NCBI GenBank assembly: GCA_029939675.1
Contig: JAOZSM010000004.1
Span: 1-34,395, forward strand
Direction: 5' to 3'
Length of the DNA: 34,395 bases
Origin: Fidelibacterota bacterium
GTDB taxonomy: Bacteria > Fidelibacterota > UBA8477 > JABMPR01
Part shown: positions 8,030 through 15,263 of the stretch, one piece after another
Layout of the letters: every line of letters begins with the position of its first letter
How positions within the stretch are numbered: the first letter of the stretch is position 1
Translations under genes and position numbers: made by a program
The notes under the pieces: model-generated
Database searches by the model: none
What the model was told of the DNA's origin: nothing
The model's input: only the letters and a program-made list of their open reading frames with translations

Positions 8030-8740
8030 TTACCTCAGACTTACTACTACTTCGTTTTGATTTTCCAGGATTCCCCGAAACTCTTTACGGGTTGCAGGAC
8101 ATTGAACCCGAATTTTCTGACCAATATGGCCTTCCTGTTTAGCAATACCAGGCAGCTCCAATTTTAGTCCTTGGTCCATGAGGATGATCTGTAGATCATC
8201 TCCCAACAATACAGCTGGGCGAACACGAACCATGTTGCGCTCAATGGGACGTCCTTCACGAATTAATTGAGTCGCCATTTTTCCGTAGATCAGATCAGTA
8301 TTAAGTATTAAACGACGATACTCCCGACCGATCCGCTGCGGTACCATAACAATAAGTTCTGGGGATAATTTTTCAAGCCGTGAGATGTTTCGCACCGCAG
8401 TTGGAACTGCCAGATTAGCATACACTTCAACCGTAATGGGATATCTTTTCTGTACTCGGCCATTCACCTTATGAACCATCCATAAAGTTTGATGTCCAAG
8501 ATTGAGTTCCCCTCTCCCGTACTGTACTTCGATCTGATCATTCTGGAGGGATGTTTGATTGATCCTGGACATGTGGATCAGCTCAATCTCGATTTGATCA
8601 ATACTTGCATGGAGTTGCTCCGCAAAGAATTCCGCAACAAGATCAACCTGTTTATCTGCCTCATAGCTGGCTTGAAGCACAGCTGGTAACATACTGAGTA
8701 TCAGTGCATTATTGATAATATATTTAACTAATAAATTCAT
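8030..8740 (-). CDS. flgA: Flagellar P-ring assembly chaperone FlgA
   Basis: 236 aa with a signal peptide. C-terminal SAF-like segment: VRNISRLEKLSPELI..GKMATQLIREGRPIERNMV..LLGDDLQIILMDQGLKLELPGIAKQEGHIGQKIRV. Sits in the flgG-flgA-flgH-flgI context. Confidence 0.8.
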   Translation of the reverse strand: MNLLVKYIINNALILSMLPAVLQASYEADKQVDLVAEFFAEQLHASIDQIEIELIHMSRINQTSLQNDQIEVQYGRGELNLGHQTLWMVHKVNGRVQKRYPITVEVYANLAVPTAVRNISRLEKLSPELIVMVPQRIGREYRRLILNTDLIYGKMATQLIREGRPIERNMVRVRPAVLLGDDLQIILMDQGLKLELPGIAKQEGHIGQKIRVQCPATRKEFRGILENQNEVVVSLR

Positions 8741-8743
8741 ATT

Positions 8744-9532
8744 TTAGCGTTTAAGTGCATTTGTCATAGCCAGCATTTCATCAGCAGTTTTTACAGCTTT
8801 TGAGTTGATCTCATAAGAGCGTTGTGCCACAATGAGGCTGATCATTTCTTTAACAACATCTACATTGGACTTCTCGAGATAACCTTGCATGATGGTTCCA
8901 TATCCTGCATCACCGGCCATGCCAAAACTTGGATCTCCTGATGCTTCTGTTGCCGCAAGCAGGTTGCCACCAATTGGTTTTAATCCGGCTGGATTCATAA
9001 AATTTGCTAATTCGATCTGACCGATTTCAAGGGGCTGAACTTCGCCATCCATCATGGCTGAAACGATACCATCCTGAGCGATATTGACACTCTGTATACC
9101 ATCCGGTAATGAAATATCCGGGTACATCTTTAAACCTGCTGCATTCACCATTTCACCAGTAGAATTGATCCTGAATGCTCCATCTCGGGAATAAGTAATA
9201 TTTCCATCCGGCATAAGTACTTGGAAAAAGCCTTTCCCACTAATGGCCATATCCAGGGGATTACTGGTTTCCTCAATTGAACCCTGAGAATAAGAGCGAA
9301 AAGTTGAAATTGGTTTGTTACCCATTCCGATATTTATCTCACTCGGTTTCTCGTTGCCCTCAGCACCTTCTCCACTACCTGAATTTATGGTTTCATAGAG
9401 TAAGTCTTGAAATTCAACTGCTGACTTTTTATAGCCTGTTGTATTAACATTGGCCAAGTTATTGGCAATCGTATCAACATTCAGTTGTTGTGCTGACATG
9501 CCTAGTGCTGCGGTTCTAAGTGATCTTAACAT
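8744..9532 (-). CDS. flgG: Flagellar distal rod protein FlgG
   Basis: 262 aa. MLRSLRTAALGMSAQQLNVDTIANNLANVNTTGYKKS and C-terminal GYLEKSNVDVVKEMISLIVAQRSYEINSKAVKTADEML. Confidence 0.9.
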   Translation of the reverse strand: MLRSLRTAALGMSAQQLNVDTIANNLANVNTTGYKKSAVEFQDLLYETINSGSGEGAEGNEKPSEINIGMGNKPISTFRSYSQGSIEETSNPLDMAISGKGFFQVLMPDGNITYSRDGAFRINSTGEMVNAAGLKMYPDISLPDGIQSVNIAQDGIVSAMMDGEVQPLEIGQIELANFMNPAGLKPIGGNLLAATEASGDPSFGMAGDAGYGTIMQGYLEKSNVDVVKEMISLIVAQRSYEINSKAVKTADEMLAMTNALKR

Positions 9533-9547
9533 GATTATCCTTTGCCC

Positions 9548-10261
9548 CTATTTGTAGTCACCAATATTAGATGCTGCTTTTGCCAGGGCGGCGTCCAAGG
9601 TTTGCAGTGCTTTCTGTGATGTTTGGAAGCTGCGTTGTAATTCGATCAATTCCACCATCTCATGAACGGCTTGAACGTTGGACCCTTCGATCTTGCCTTG
9701 GAGTATTACCGGGTCTTCAACTCGATTTTCATAAACCCCACTTTGGGCTTGAAAAAGGTTTCCACCGATCTTTTCAAGCTGGGATGACTGTTCGAATGAA
9801 CTGATCTCCAGTGTATCAATCAGCTCATCAGCCACAAATACATTGCCCTTCTGATTGATTCGGATATCACCCACTGTTTCAGCACCCAGGCCCAGATTAA
9901 TCCAACCGGATTGCCCCATGACCCGTAAGCCACCAGTCGTTTGCATATAACCTTCTGACCCTCGCGTAAAATGTCCATCCCTGGTGTAAAGAAACTTATC
10001 ACCATCGTCAATGGTAAAATATCCCTCACCAGAAATGGCTAAATCCAGGGGATTGTTGGTCTGATTCAGATCACCCTGGGAGAAATCTGTAATCACATGA
10101 TTCTTGACACTAGTTTTTTGATTAGACTTCAGAAGCTCTGAAAACATCACATCGCGTTTATAGCCATTGGAATTAACGTTAGCCAAATTATTAGCGACGA
10201 CACTATTGCGATCCAGTTGTCCCATCATGGCATGTTTAAGTTCGGAAAATCTAATATTCAT
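9548..10261 (-). CDS. flgF: Flagellar proximal rod protein FlgF (FlgF/FlgG paralogue)
   Basis: The ORF track gives 9548..10291. N-terminus NSVVANNLANVNSNGYKRD and C-terminus GKIEGSNVQAVHEMVELIELQRSFQTSQKAL. I prefer ATG 10261 (SD AAGGA 7 nt upstream) because the first ATG at 10291 falls between the -12 element of the predicted sigma-54 promoter and its expected transcription start. Confidence 0.75.
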   Translation of the reverse strand: MNIRFSELKHAMMGQLDRNSVVANNLANVNSNGYKRDVMFSELLKSNQKTSVKNHVITDFSQGDLNQTNNPLDLAISGEGYFTIDDGDKFLYTRDGHFTRGSEGYMQTTGGLRVMGQSGWINLGLGAETVGDIRINQKGNVFVADELIDTLEISSFEQSSQLEKIGGNLFQAQSGVYENRVEDPVILQGKIEGSNVQAVHEMVELIELQRSFQTSQKALQTLDAALAKAASNIGDYK

Positions 10262-10295
10262 GTCCTGTTCCTTGTTCTTTGACGACGTCATTAAC

Positions 10296-10310
10296 GCAAT
10301 TTGAATGCCA
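10296..10310 (-). promoter_or_regulatory. Sigma-54 (RpoN) type -24/-12 promoter for the flgF-to-csrA rod/ring/HAP unit
   Basis: The minus strand reads TGGCAT-TCAAA-TTGC against the consensus TGGCAC-N5-TTGC. GG and GC have the exact spacing. The predicted TSS is near 10284, about 24 nt upstream of ATG 10261. Confidence 0.55.
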
Positions 10311-10476
10311 TGGTTACTCCCGGTGATCCGTGTTGATTTCAGTAGGTTAAACCTTAGATGATAATATGCCTTTAAGTATTGTTTCTTATGTTTTTACCAA
10401 TCGCTGCTCGCACAGTACCTATTTGTAATACTATGAACACAGGTATACGATTTAGCGGAAAAGTTTGGCAAGTTGA

Positions 10477-10489
10477 GGAATATTATTCC
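10477..10489. promoter_or_regulatory. Perfect 6-1-6 palindrome GGAATATTATTCC, candidate activator/operator site
   Basis: Perfect inverted repeat about 170-180 bp upstream of the sigma-54 -24/-12 element. A 12/13 identical copy lies at 25628-25640 in the other promoter gap. Confidence 0.3.
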
Positions 10490-10632
10490 GTAATGTTTTT
10501 GGCCTATTACTCGCTCATATACTGAACAGCAGAAGGGGTCTAAACGATTTGACTTAGCGCTACCTAATGGAAGATATTTGCCAATCTGTTTAGGCCGTAC
10601 GGATTATTAACTATCGGGTTATTCGCAGGTAT

Positions 10633-11445
10633 TTATTCTGGCAATTTTGTCATCAGGGTATCACCTACATAATCAACATTCTCGGAACTGGTGATCCGTG
10701 AGAGGCGACCGGTAATATCCTGAATTCGCCGAGCTTCCTTTAGAATCGCTTTTAGAACATCCTGAAGTTTTTGGGGTGTTAGCGTAGCTGCTGACAGCTC
10801 TAGAATCTCCGCCAGTCCAATGATGGAGGTCAACGGATTGTTGATCTCATGATTAACAGTCACCACCAATTCTCCCATTGCTGCCAGACGTTCTTTTTCA
10901 ACCAGCAAGCCCTGAGTTTCCTGTAGTTCAGTCAGCGCTTTAGTAAGACTCTGGTTGCGCTCTTCAAGTTGTTGCCTCAGAATAAATGTTTCGACAATAA
11001 TGGAAAGCTCTTCGGCCATACTGCCAAAGGTTTCCAGGTCACTTTTGAGATACATGTTTTCGGTTGAGTGGCCAAGATTAAGGACACCGATCAGTTTATC
11101 AGCGGCCCTCAGGGGTAAAGCAACAAAAGACCTGAATCGTTGTTCTTTTCCTGGACGGGATTTTGACAAGGATTCAAGAATAATTGGTTTTTCCTGATTT
11201 GAGACCCAGCTTGCCATCCCCATCCCCCGGGCAAAAGGAATCTCCCGGATAAGATCTACTACTTCCGATCCCTCCTGGTGCATAATCTCCAGCTTGTCCT
11301 CCTCTTCGTTGTAAAGGAATAAGGTCGCTGATTCAAAGGGTACACTCTTCTCGACCAGGTGAAATACTGCTTGAAAAGTCTCACCACTTCCCATGCCCTG
11401 TTGAAGGAGGGTGACAATCTCATGTAAAAAGTCTATGGCTACCAT
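10633..11445 (-). CDS. GAF domain protein with a histidine-kinase DHp (HisKA) domain but no catalytic ATPase domain
   Basis: 270 aa. Good SD (AGGAG, 5 nt before ATG 11445). GAF-like N-terminal half (..FARGMGMASWVSNQEKPIILESL..FRSFVALPLRAADKLIGVLNLGH), then a coiled coil, then the H-box ERLAAMGELVVTVNHEINNPLTSIIGLAEIL and a second DHp helix. The ORF stops about 60 aa after the His; no N, G1 or G2 boxes are present. Confidence 0.75.
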   Translation of the reverse strand: MVAIDFLHEIVTLLQQGMGSGETFQAVFHLVEKSVPFESATLFLYNEEEDKLEIMHQEGSEVVDLIREIPFARGMGMASWVSNQEKPIILESLSKSRPGKEQRFRSFVALPLRAADKLIGVLNLGHSTENMYLKSDLETFGSMAEELSIIVETFILRQQLEERNQSLTKALTELQETQGLLVEKERLAAMGELVVTVNHEINNPLTSIIGLAEILELSAATLTPQKLQDVLKAILKEARRIQDITGRLSRITSSENVDYVGDTLMTKLPE

Positions 11446-11497
11446 AATTGCTCCTGTATACTCTCATCGTGATCGCGTGCAGCAATGGCTTGAACAA

Positions 11498-12754
11498 CTA
11501 GTTGTTCAAAAGCTCGATCAAATTAACTAACTGGGTCCGTTCTTCAGATTGGGGAGTGGGAATTCTCAGCGCAAATTTGGTCCCGTTTTCCAGTGCATGA
11601 TGATTAATATCTCCACCCAACGAAGATAAAATGCTGCGGACAATAGATAAGCCTGTACCAGCATGATGCTCTTTGTTCCAGGTTGAGAAAAATGGTTCAA
11701 ATATCTTAGAACCAGTTGTTTCAGCAATTCCCCCTGCATTATCCTCAACATCTACCTGGATCCACTTATTATCAACTGACTTACTCGAAATAGTTACTGT
11801 TTTTTCAGCAGAGATGGCGTTTACGCTAAAAGCCTGTTCCGCATTGGTTATGAGATTCATGAAGACTTGCTCCAGTTCAGGCTCGTTAGCTTCAATTTGG
11901 GGAATACTCTCATCTAAATCCAGGTTGATGGTAACATCTGCAGCACTGAGATCATATTCCAAAACCTGCAGTACTGAACGAATCGCCTTATTAATATCAA
12001 GTGAGCGAATCTGTTTATCAGCCATGACTTGAGCGTATGATCTGACTTTCTCAACAATTCCTGAAAGCCGACCGATATCTTTGCGTAATTCAGCAACCTG
12101 TAGCTGCACCGTAACCATATCTTCCAATTGACTGATATGTTCCAGACGAAGCTCCATGGCTGTCACTGGCTGTCCCAAAGTGTGTACCAATCCCACTGAC
12201 ATCTCCCCCAGAGCTTTTAACCGATCAAAAGAGACGGAAAGTGCCTGACGATGCTTTAACTCCTTTTCAAGACTCTTGCGATAGGCGATCTCCTTGGCCG
12301 TGACAATGATGTATTTAAGCTGATCGTTGGCATCAGGAATAATACTAAAATTAATCAAAACCGGAATCGATTCCCGGGCACCGTGCAATTCAGCTTCAGA
12401 ATTACTGAATGTTTCGTGATCCGCGTCAGGCCGGGTCAGCTCAGAAAATAACTTGTGTTCCAGCACTTGGAGCGTCTCATCAGCTTCACTACTGATAAAG
12501 TCGCCCAGATCCAGGCCTATAATACCCTCCAAAGGCAGTTGTAAATAGTTCTGGGCACTACGGTTAGCATATTCGATCTGACCCCTGGCATTGAGAATGA
12601 AGATTGCATCTGTGATGCTCTCCAGGATAGTTACAGTAGTAGTATAGTCCTTCATTTCCAGAGTTGATTCATGCCCAGTCTTGGAAGCAATCTGCTGCGC
12701 TTCTTCCTCGCCAGCGCCCTTGGCTGGTTCTACATGGTCTGGATAATTACTCAT
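11498..12754 (-). CDS. Soluble PAS-domain sensor histidine kinase (FleS/FlrB/FlgS-like architecture)
   Basis: 418 aa with no TM segment. PAS: ILESITDAIFILNARGQIEYANRSAQNYL. H-box: LKALGEMSVGLVHTLGQPVTAMELRLEHI. N-box: EQVFMNLITNAEQAF. G1: VEDNAGGI. F-box: IFEPFFST. G2: GTGLSIVRSIL. Confidence 0.85.
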   Translation of the reverse strand: MSNYPDHVEPAKGAGEEEAQQIASKTGHESTLEMKDYTTTVTILESITDAIFILNARGQIEYANRSAQNYLQLPLEGIIGLDLGDFISSEADETLQVLEHKLFSELTRPDADHETFSNSEAELHGARESIPVLINFSIIPDANDQLKYIIVTAKEIAYRKSLEKELKHRQALSVSFDRLKALGEMSVGLVHTLGQPVTAMELRLEHISQLEDMVTVQLQVAELRKDIGRLSGIVEKVRSYAQVMADKQIRSLDINKAIRSVLQVLEYDLSAADVTINLDLDESIPQIEANEPELEQVFMNLITNAEQAFSVNAISAEKTVTISSKSVDNKWIQVDVEDNAGGIAETTGSKIFEPFFSTWNKEHHAGTGLSIVRSILSSLGGDINHHALENGTKFALRIPTPQSEERTQLVNLIELLNN

Positions 12755-12774
12755 AGCATCATATTACGATCTAA

Positions 12775-13065
12775 TTAAGCATAGATCGCAGCTCCCTGTT
12801 TGGTATCGGCAGGTCTAATGCTAAACACCAGGGTAGGCTGAACAGAACGAACATTGAGAACCACTTCATCAAATTTCTGGAATCGATACCTTGATTCTGT
12901 GAGGATATTATTTCCCCAAACCCTGAGAATAAAAATATTTTCACCCAGCGAATCTACTATCCGTCCCTCGAGCACCATTCCGGGCTGCAGTCGCTCAATA
13001 AAGCGCTCAAGCCCAGGTAATCCGTACATTTCATGTGATTTATGCAGACTGCTTGGCTCAGACAT
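12775..13065 (-). CDS. Hypothetical small soluble protein (96 aa), beta-rich
   Basis: ORF overlaps the preceding gene's stop by 8 nt and sits in the co-directional operon. Core: LQPGMVLEGRIVDSLGENIFILRVWGNNILTESRYRFQKFDEVVLNVRSVQPTLVFSI. I cannot assign a family with confidence. Confidence 0.5.
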   Translation of the reverse strand: MSEPSSLHKSHEMYGLPGLERFIERLQPGMVLEGRIVDSLGENIFILRVWGNNILTESRYRFQKFDEVVLNVRSVQPTLVFSIRPADTKQGAAIYA

Positions 13066-14014
13066 GGTCCTGGTTCATAGCTTCGTATTGGATTCGGAGG
13101 GCTGCTTCATCATAACTAACACCCTTACTTTCCATCATATTCCTGATTCGTTCTTCTCGCATTTCTGCTGTCAAAATCAGAGGCTCTTCTGGAATACTTT
13201 CCTTTCCTGTTTCACTTTCCGCTGCCTTTTTGGCCATAACGTCAGCAAAATTGGTTGATTTTTTCTGATTTTTTCTGATTTTTTTAATCAGCAGAAAACC
13301 ACCTAGCAAAAGCAGAATCAACCCTAGACCGATTGCTGCAATCAGAATGGAATCGATCAACATAGCTTGATAAGCTAGTGGCTGACTAGTCGATTTTTCG
13401 TCGGTTGGTTGTTGGATATCAATTGGGGTAGCTGAGTTACTTGAGTCAATGTTTCCCAGGTTCTCAGTAGGTGTTGCAGATATCAATCTCGGGGATTGTT
13501 CTTTGAAAATAAGCTCTAGTCGATACTCATCTCTATCAAAAGAGTAGATACAAGCAATGTCATCATAGGGCAAAGTCCTACCGCTGATAATGAGGGTTTG
13601 AGAGTCAGCAAATTCAACATTAAAATGAATGGGGAAATGGCCATGATCTCGAACCATTCGACGGCCCAGATAGGCTGTTGTATCCATGCCAAAAAGCCTT
13701 AGCGAAAAGCTACCTGCATTGGCATTTGTCTCATATTCGGGCTGGGTCACTCCCTGTAAAGAAAATTGGTCGCCATTAGAAACACTGAGCCATCGACGTG
13801 CATCATCCTCTCCTGTCAGGATCTGAAGTGCAGCGGTAATACCAAAGCGGGGGGTCGTGTCCAAAGGCAATTCTGATGCAGGTTCTATTAGCTCAAGTTT
13901 ATCTAATTCAACAAAATGTTCTGTAATTTGCAAACTATCCTGAGCATTACCAGCACCGTAGCTGGCCAAAATTCCTAACATGATCCAAATACAGGTTAAT
14001 CGACTCATTGTCAT
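13058..14014 (-). CDS. Hypothetical single-pass (type I) membrane protein, 318 aa
   Basis: Signal peptide MSRLTCIWIMLGILASYGAGNA, an ectodomain of about 190 aa, a Ser/Thr/Pro-rich linker, a TM helix ILIAAIGLGLILLLLGGFLLI followed by KKIRKNQKK, and a cytoplasmic tail of about 70 aa. The likely real start is the second ATG at 14008 (SD AGGA 5 nt upstream), 2 nt after the upstream stop. Confidence 0.65.
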   Translation of the reverse strand: MTMSRLTCIWIMLGILASYGAGNAQDSLQITEHFVELDKLELIEPASELPLDTTPRFGITAALQILTGEDDARRWLSVSNGDQFSLQGVTQPEYETNANAGSFSLRLFGMDTTAYLGRRMVRDHGHFPIHFNVEFADSQTLIISGRTLPYDDIACIYSFDRDEYRLELIFKEQSPRLISATPTENLGNIDSSNSATPIDIQQPTDEKSTSQPLAYQAMLIDSILIAAIGLGLILLLLGGFLLIKKIRKNQKKSTNFADVMAKKAAESETGKESIPEEPLILTAEMREERIRNMMESKGVSYDEAALRIQYEAMNQDHV

Positions 14015-14274
14015 CCTATGGTAACATCTATATTAGAACCGGGAATCAGGTCATCATTATCCGGGCTAGGTGAATTGACGGTCACAGCTTTTATTGTCTG
14101 GTCATCATCTGCAACTGTGAGCTCCACCGAATCTTGTTCCCTTGCTGGCAATTCAGTATCCTGGTTATTCTTTTTGTGCTGGTCCCGATCTTGTTCTTTT
14201 CCGACCTGTTTAACAGCCTGGGTCACTCGAACCGGTTCAGAACTCCATACACCACCAAGTTCATCTGCAGGCAT
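14011..14274 (-). CDS. Hypothetical acidic low-complexity protein (87 aa) immediately downstream of fliA
   Basis: Strong SD (GGAAGGGAG, 7 nt before ATG 14274). Composition is D/E/Q/T-rich with no hydrophobic core. An equally long antisense ORF (14018..14281 +) exists, but only the minus ORF has an SD and fits the operon. Confidence 0.5.
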   Translation of the reverse strand: MPADELGGVWSSEPVRVTQAVKQVGKEQDRDQHKKNNQDTELPAREQDSVELTVADDDQTIKAVTVNSPSPDNDDLIPGSNIDVTIG

Positions 14275-14292
14275 TTTTTAACTCCCTTCCTA

Positions 14293-15063
14293 CTAGCTCA
14301 GTTGGCCTCTTAATTCAGCTAGGGTCTGGCTAAGTATCTGACTAATTCTTGATTCAGATAAACCAAGAATCATTCCGATATCTGCCAGAGTTAACTCTTC
14401 ATAATAATAAAGAGCCAGAATTAATCTTTGACGTTCGGGGAGATGCTTGATTGTATTAACCAGTTCATCTTTAAGGGCTTTTTTCGAAAATTCTTCATCC
14501 GGAGAAAGCTGCGCCTCATCTTTGATCACATCTAAACGAAGCATGGAATCAGAGTTATCAAGTCCAACAGTATCATCCAGTGAAAGATGCTCACTGGCAT
14601 TTCCTTTAAACAACATTTTATTCAATTCTTGCTGAGTCACACCCATGACATCAGCAATTTCACTCATGGCAGGATCTCTCCCCAGCTGCTGCCGCAACTC
14701 ATCAGAAACCTTGATCACCTTTTTCCGAACACTGTAGGCATCTTTGCTCACAGTCCCTTCCCGCCTGATTGCATCAATGATTTCGCCATGGATTCGTCGA
14801 TAAGCATAGGTCTTGAAACTAGCCCCCTTATCAGTCTGGTATCGATCAAGGGCTGTGAGTAGACCCACTATTCCAAACTGGTACAGATCCTCCCGCACCA
14901 AAGTTCCGAATTGATCAATATTAATCCGACCGGCTATGTATTTAACCAGTGGTAGAAAGGCTTGAATTGCCTCATCTCGTTTTCTTGCATCTCGCGTCAT
15001 GGTGTATTCACGCACAAGATGCTCACCATCATGGTGAACCATTGATTGAGTTCTTTGCATCAT
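14293..15063 (-). CDS. fliA: Flagellar sigma factor FliA (sigma-28 / SigD / WhiG family)
   Basis: 256 aa. Region 2: DLYQFGIVGLLTALDRYQTDKGASFKTYAYRRIHGEIIDAIRR. Region 4: LPERQRLILALYYYEELTLADIGMILGLSESRISQILSQTLAELR. Confidence 0.9.
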   Translation of the reverse strand: MMQRTQSMVHHDGEHLVREYTMTRDARKRDEAIQAFLPLVKYIAGRINIDQFGTLVREDLYQFGIVGLLTALDRYQTDKGASFKTYAYRRIHGEIIDAIRREGTVSKDAYSVRKKVIKVSDELRQQLGRDPAMSEIADVMGVTQQELNKMLFKGNASEHLSLDDTVGLDNSDSMLRLDVIKDEAQLSPDEEFSKKALKDELVNTIKHLPERQRLILALYYYEELTLADIGMILGLSESRISQILSQTLAELRGQLS

Positions 15064-15263
15064 GAGTCACTCTTGTTTTGCGGCGTCATAACGATGAGGC
15101 CTAGTTTAAGAATCTGTCCTGAAAAATAAAATGCGAATAGCACACCTACGAATACGATACCAGTTCTGATCAAGCTAGTGCTGAGTGAAATATTTCCGAT
15201 TATGCACATAACAAATGTAATGGCTGACACCAAAAGGGCGATTTTGTTAGCTAGTTTGATCAT
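15060..15263 (-). CDS. Hypothetical small two-TM membrane protein between flhG and fliA
   Basis: The ORF track gives 15060..15332. I prefer ATG 15263 (MIKLANKIALLVSAITFVMCIIGNISL..GIVFVGVLFAFYFSGQILKLGLIV), which gives 67 aa with two hydrophobic helices. ATGA overlap with the fliA start. It still overlaps the flhG 3' end by 17 nt. Confidence 0.45.
   Translation of the reverse strand: MIKLANKIALLVSAITFVMCIIGNISLSTSLIRTGIVFVGVLFAFYFSGQILKLGLIVMTPQNKSDS

Noticed and set aside
10292-10632. Possibility that the flgF upstream gap hides a decayed HATPase_c domain of the GAF-DHp gene
   Set aside because: All three minus-strand frames are broken by frequent stop codons, and no N, G1 or G2-box remnants are visible.
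10611-10636. Sigma-28-like promoter on the minus strand: TAAA-N14-CCGATAG overlapping the stop of the GAF-DHp gene
   Set aside because: The spacer is about 2 nt shorter than the TAAA-N15-GCCGATAA consensus, and the -10 element is imperfect (CCCGATAG). It sits about 340 bp from the next start codon, while a much better sigma-54 element lies adjacent to that gene. It is kept only as a weak possibility.
12775-13065. PilZ (c-di-GMP receptor) assignment for the 96-aa protein, based on RFIER (RxxxR) and IVDSLGEN
   Set aside because: The second motif does not fit D/N-x-S-x-x-G because Ser is in the wrong position. The spacer between the two motifs is about 12 aa instead of about 20-30. The resemblance is too loose to claim.
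13257-13286. Tandem 10-bp repeat GATTTTTTCT x2 plus GATTTTTTTA inside the 318-aa membrane protein gene, as a possible phase-variation tract
   Set aside because: There are only about 2.9 copies and homopolymer runs of 6-7 nt. On the coding strand it simply encodes the basic stop-transfer segment KKIRKNQKK. That is too short for convincing slipped-strand switching.
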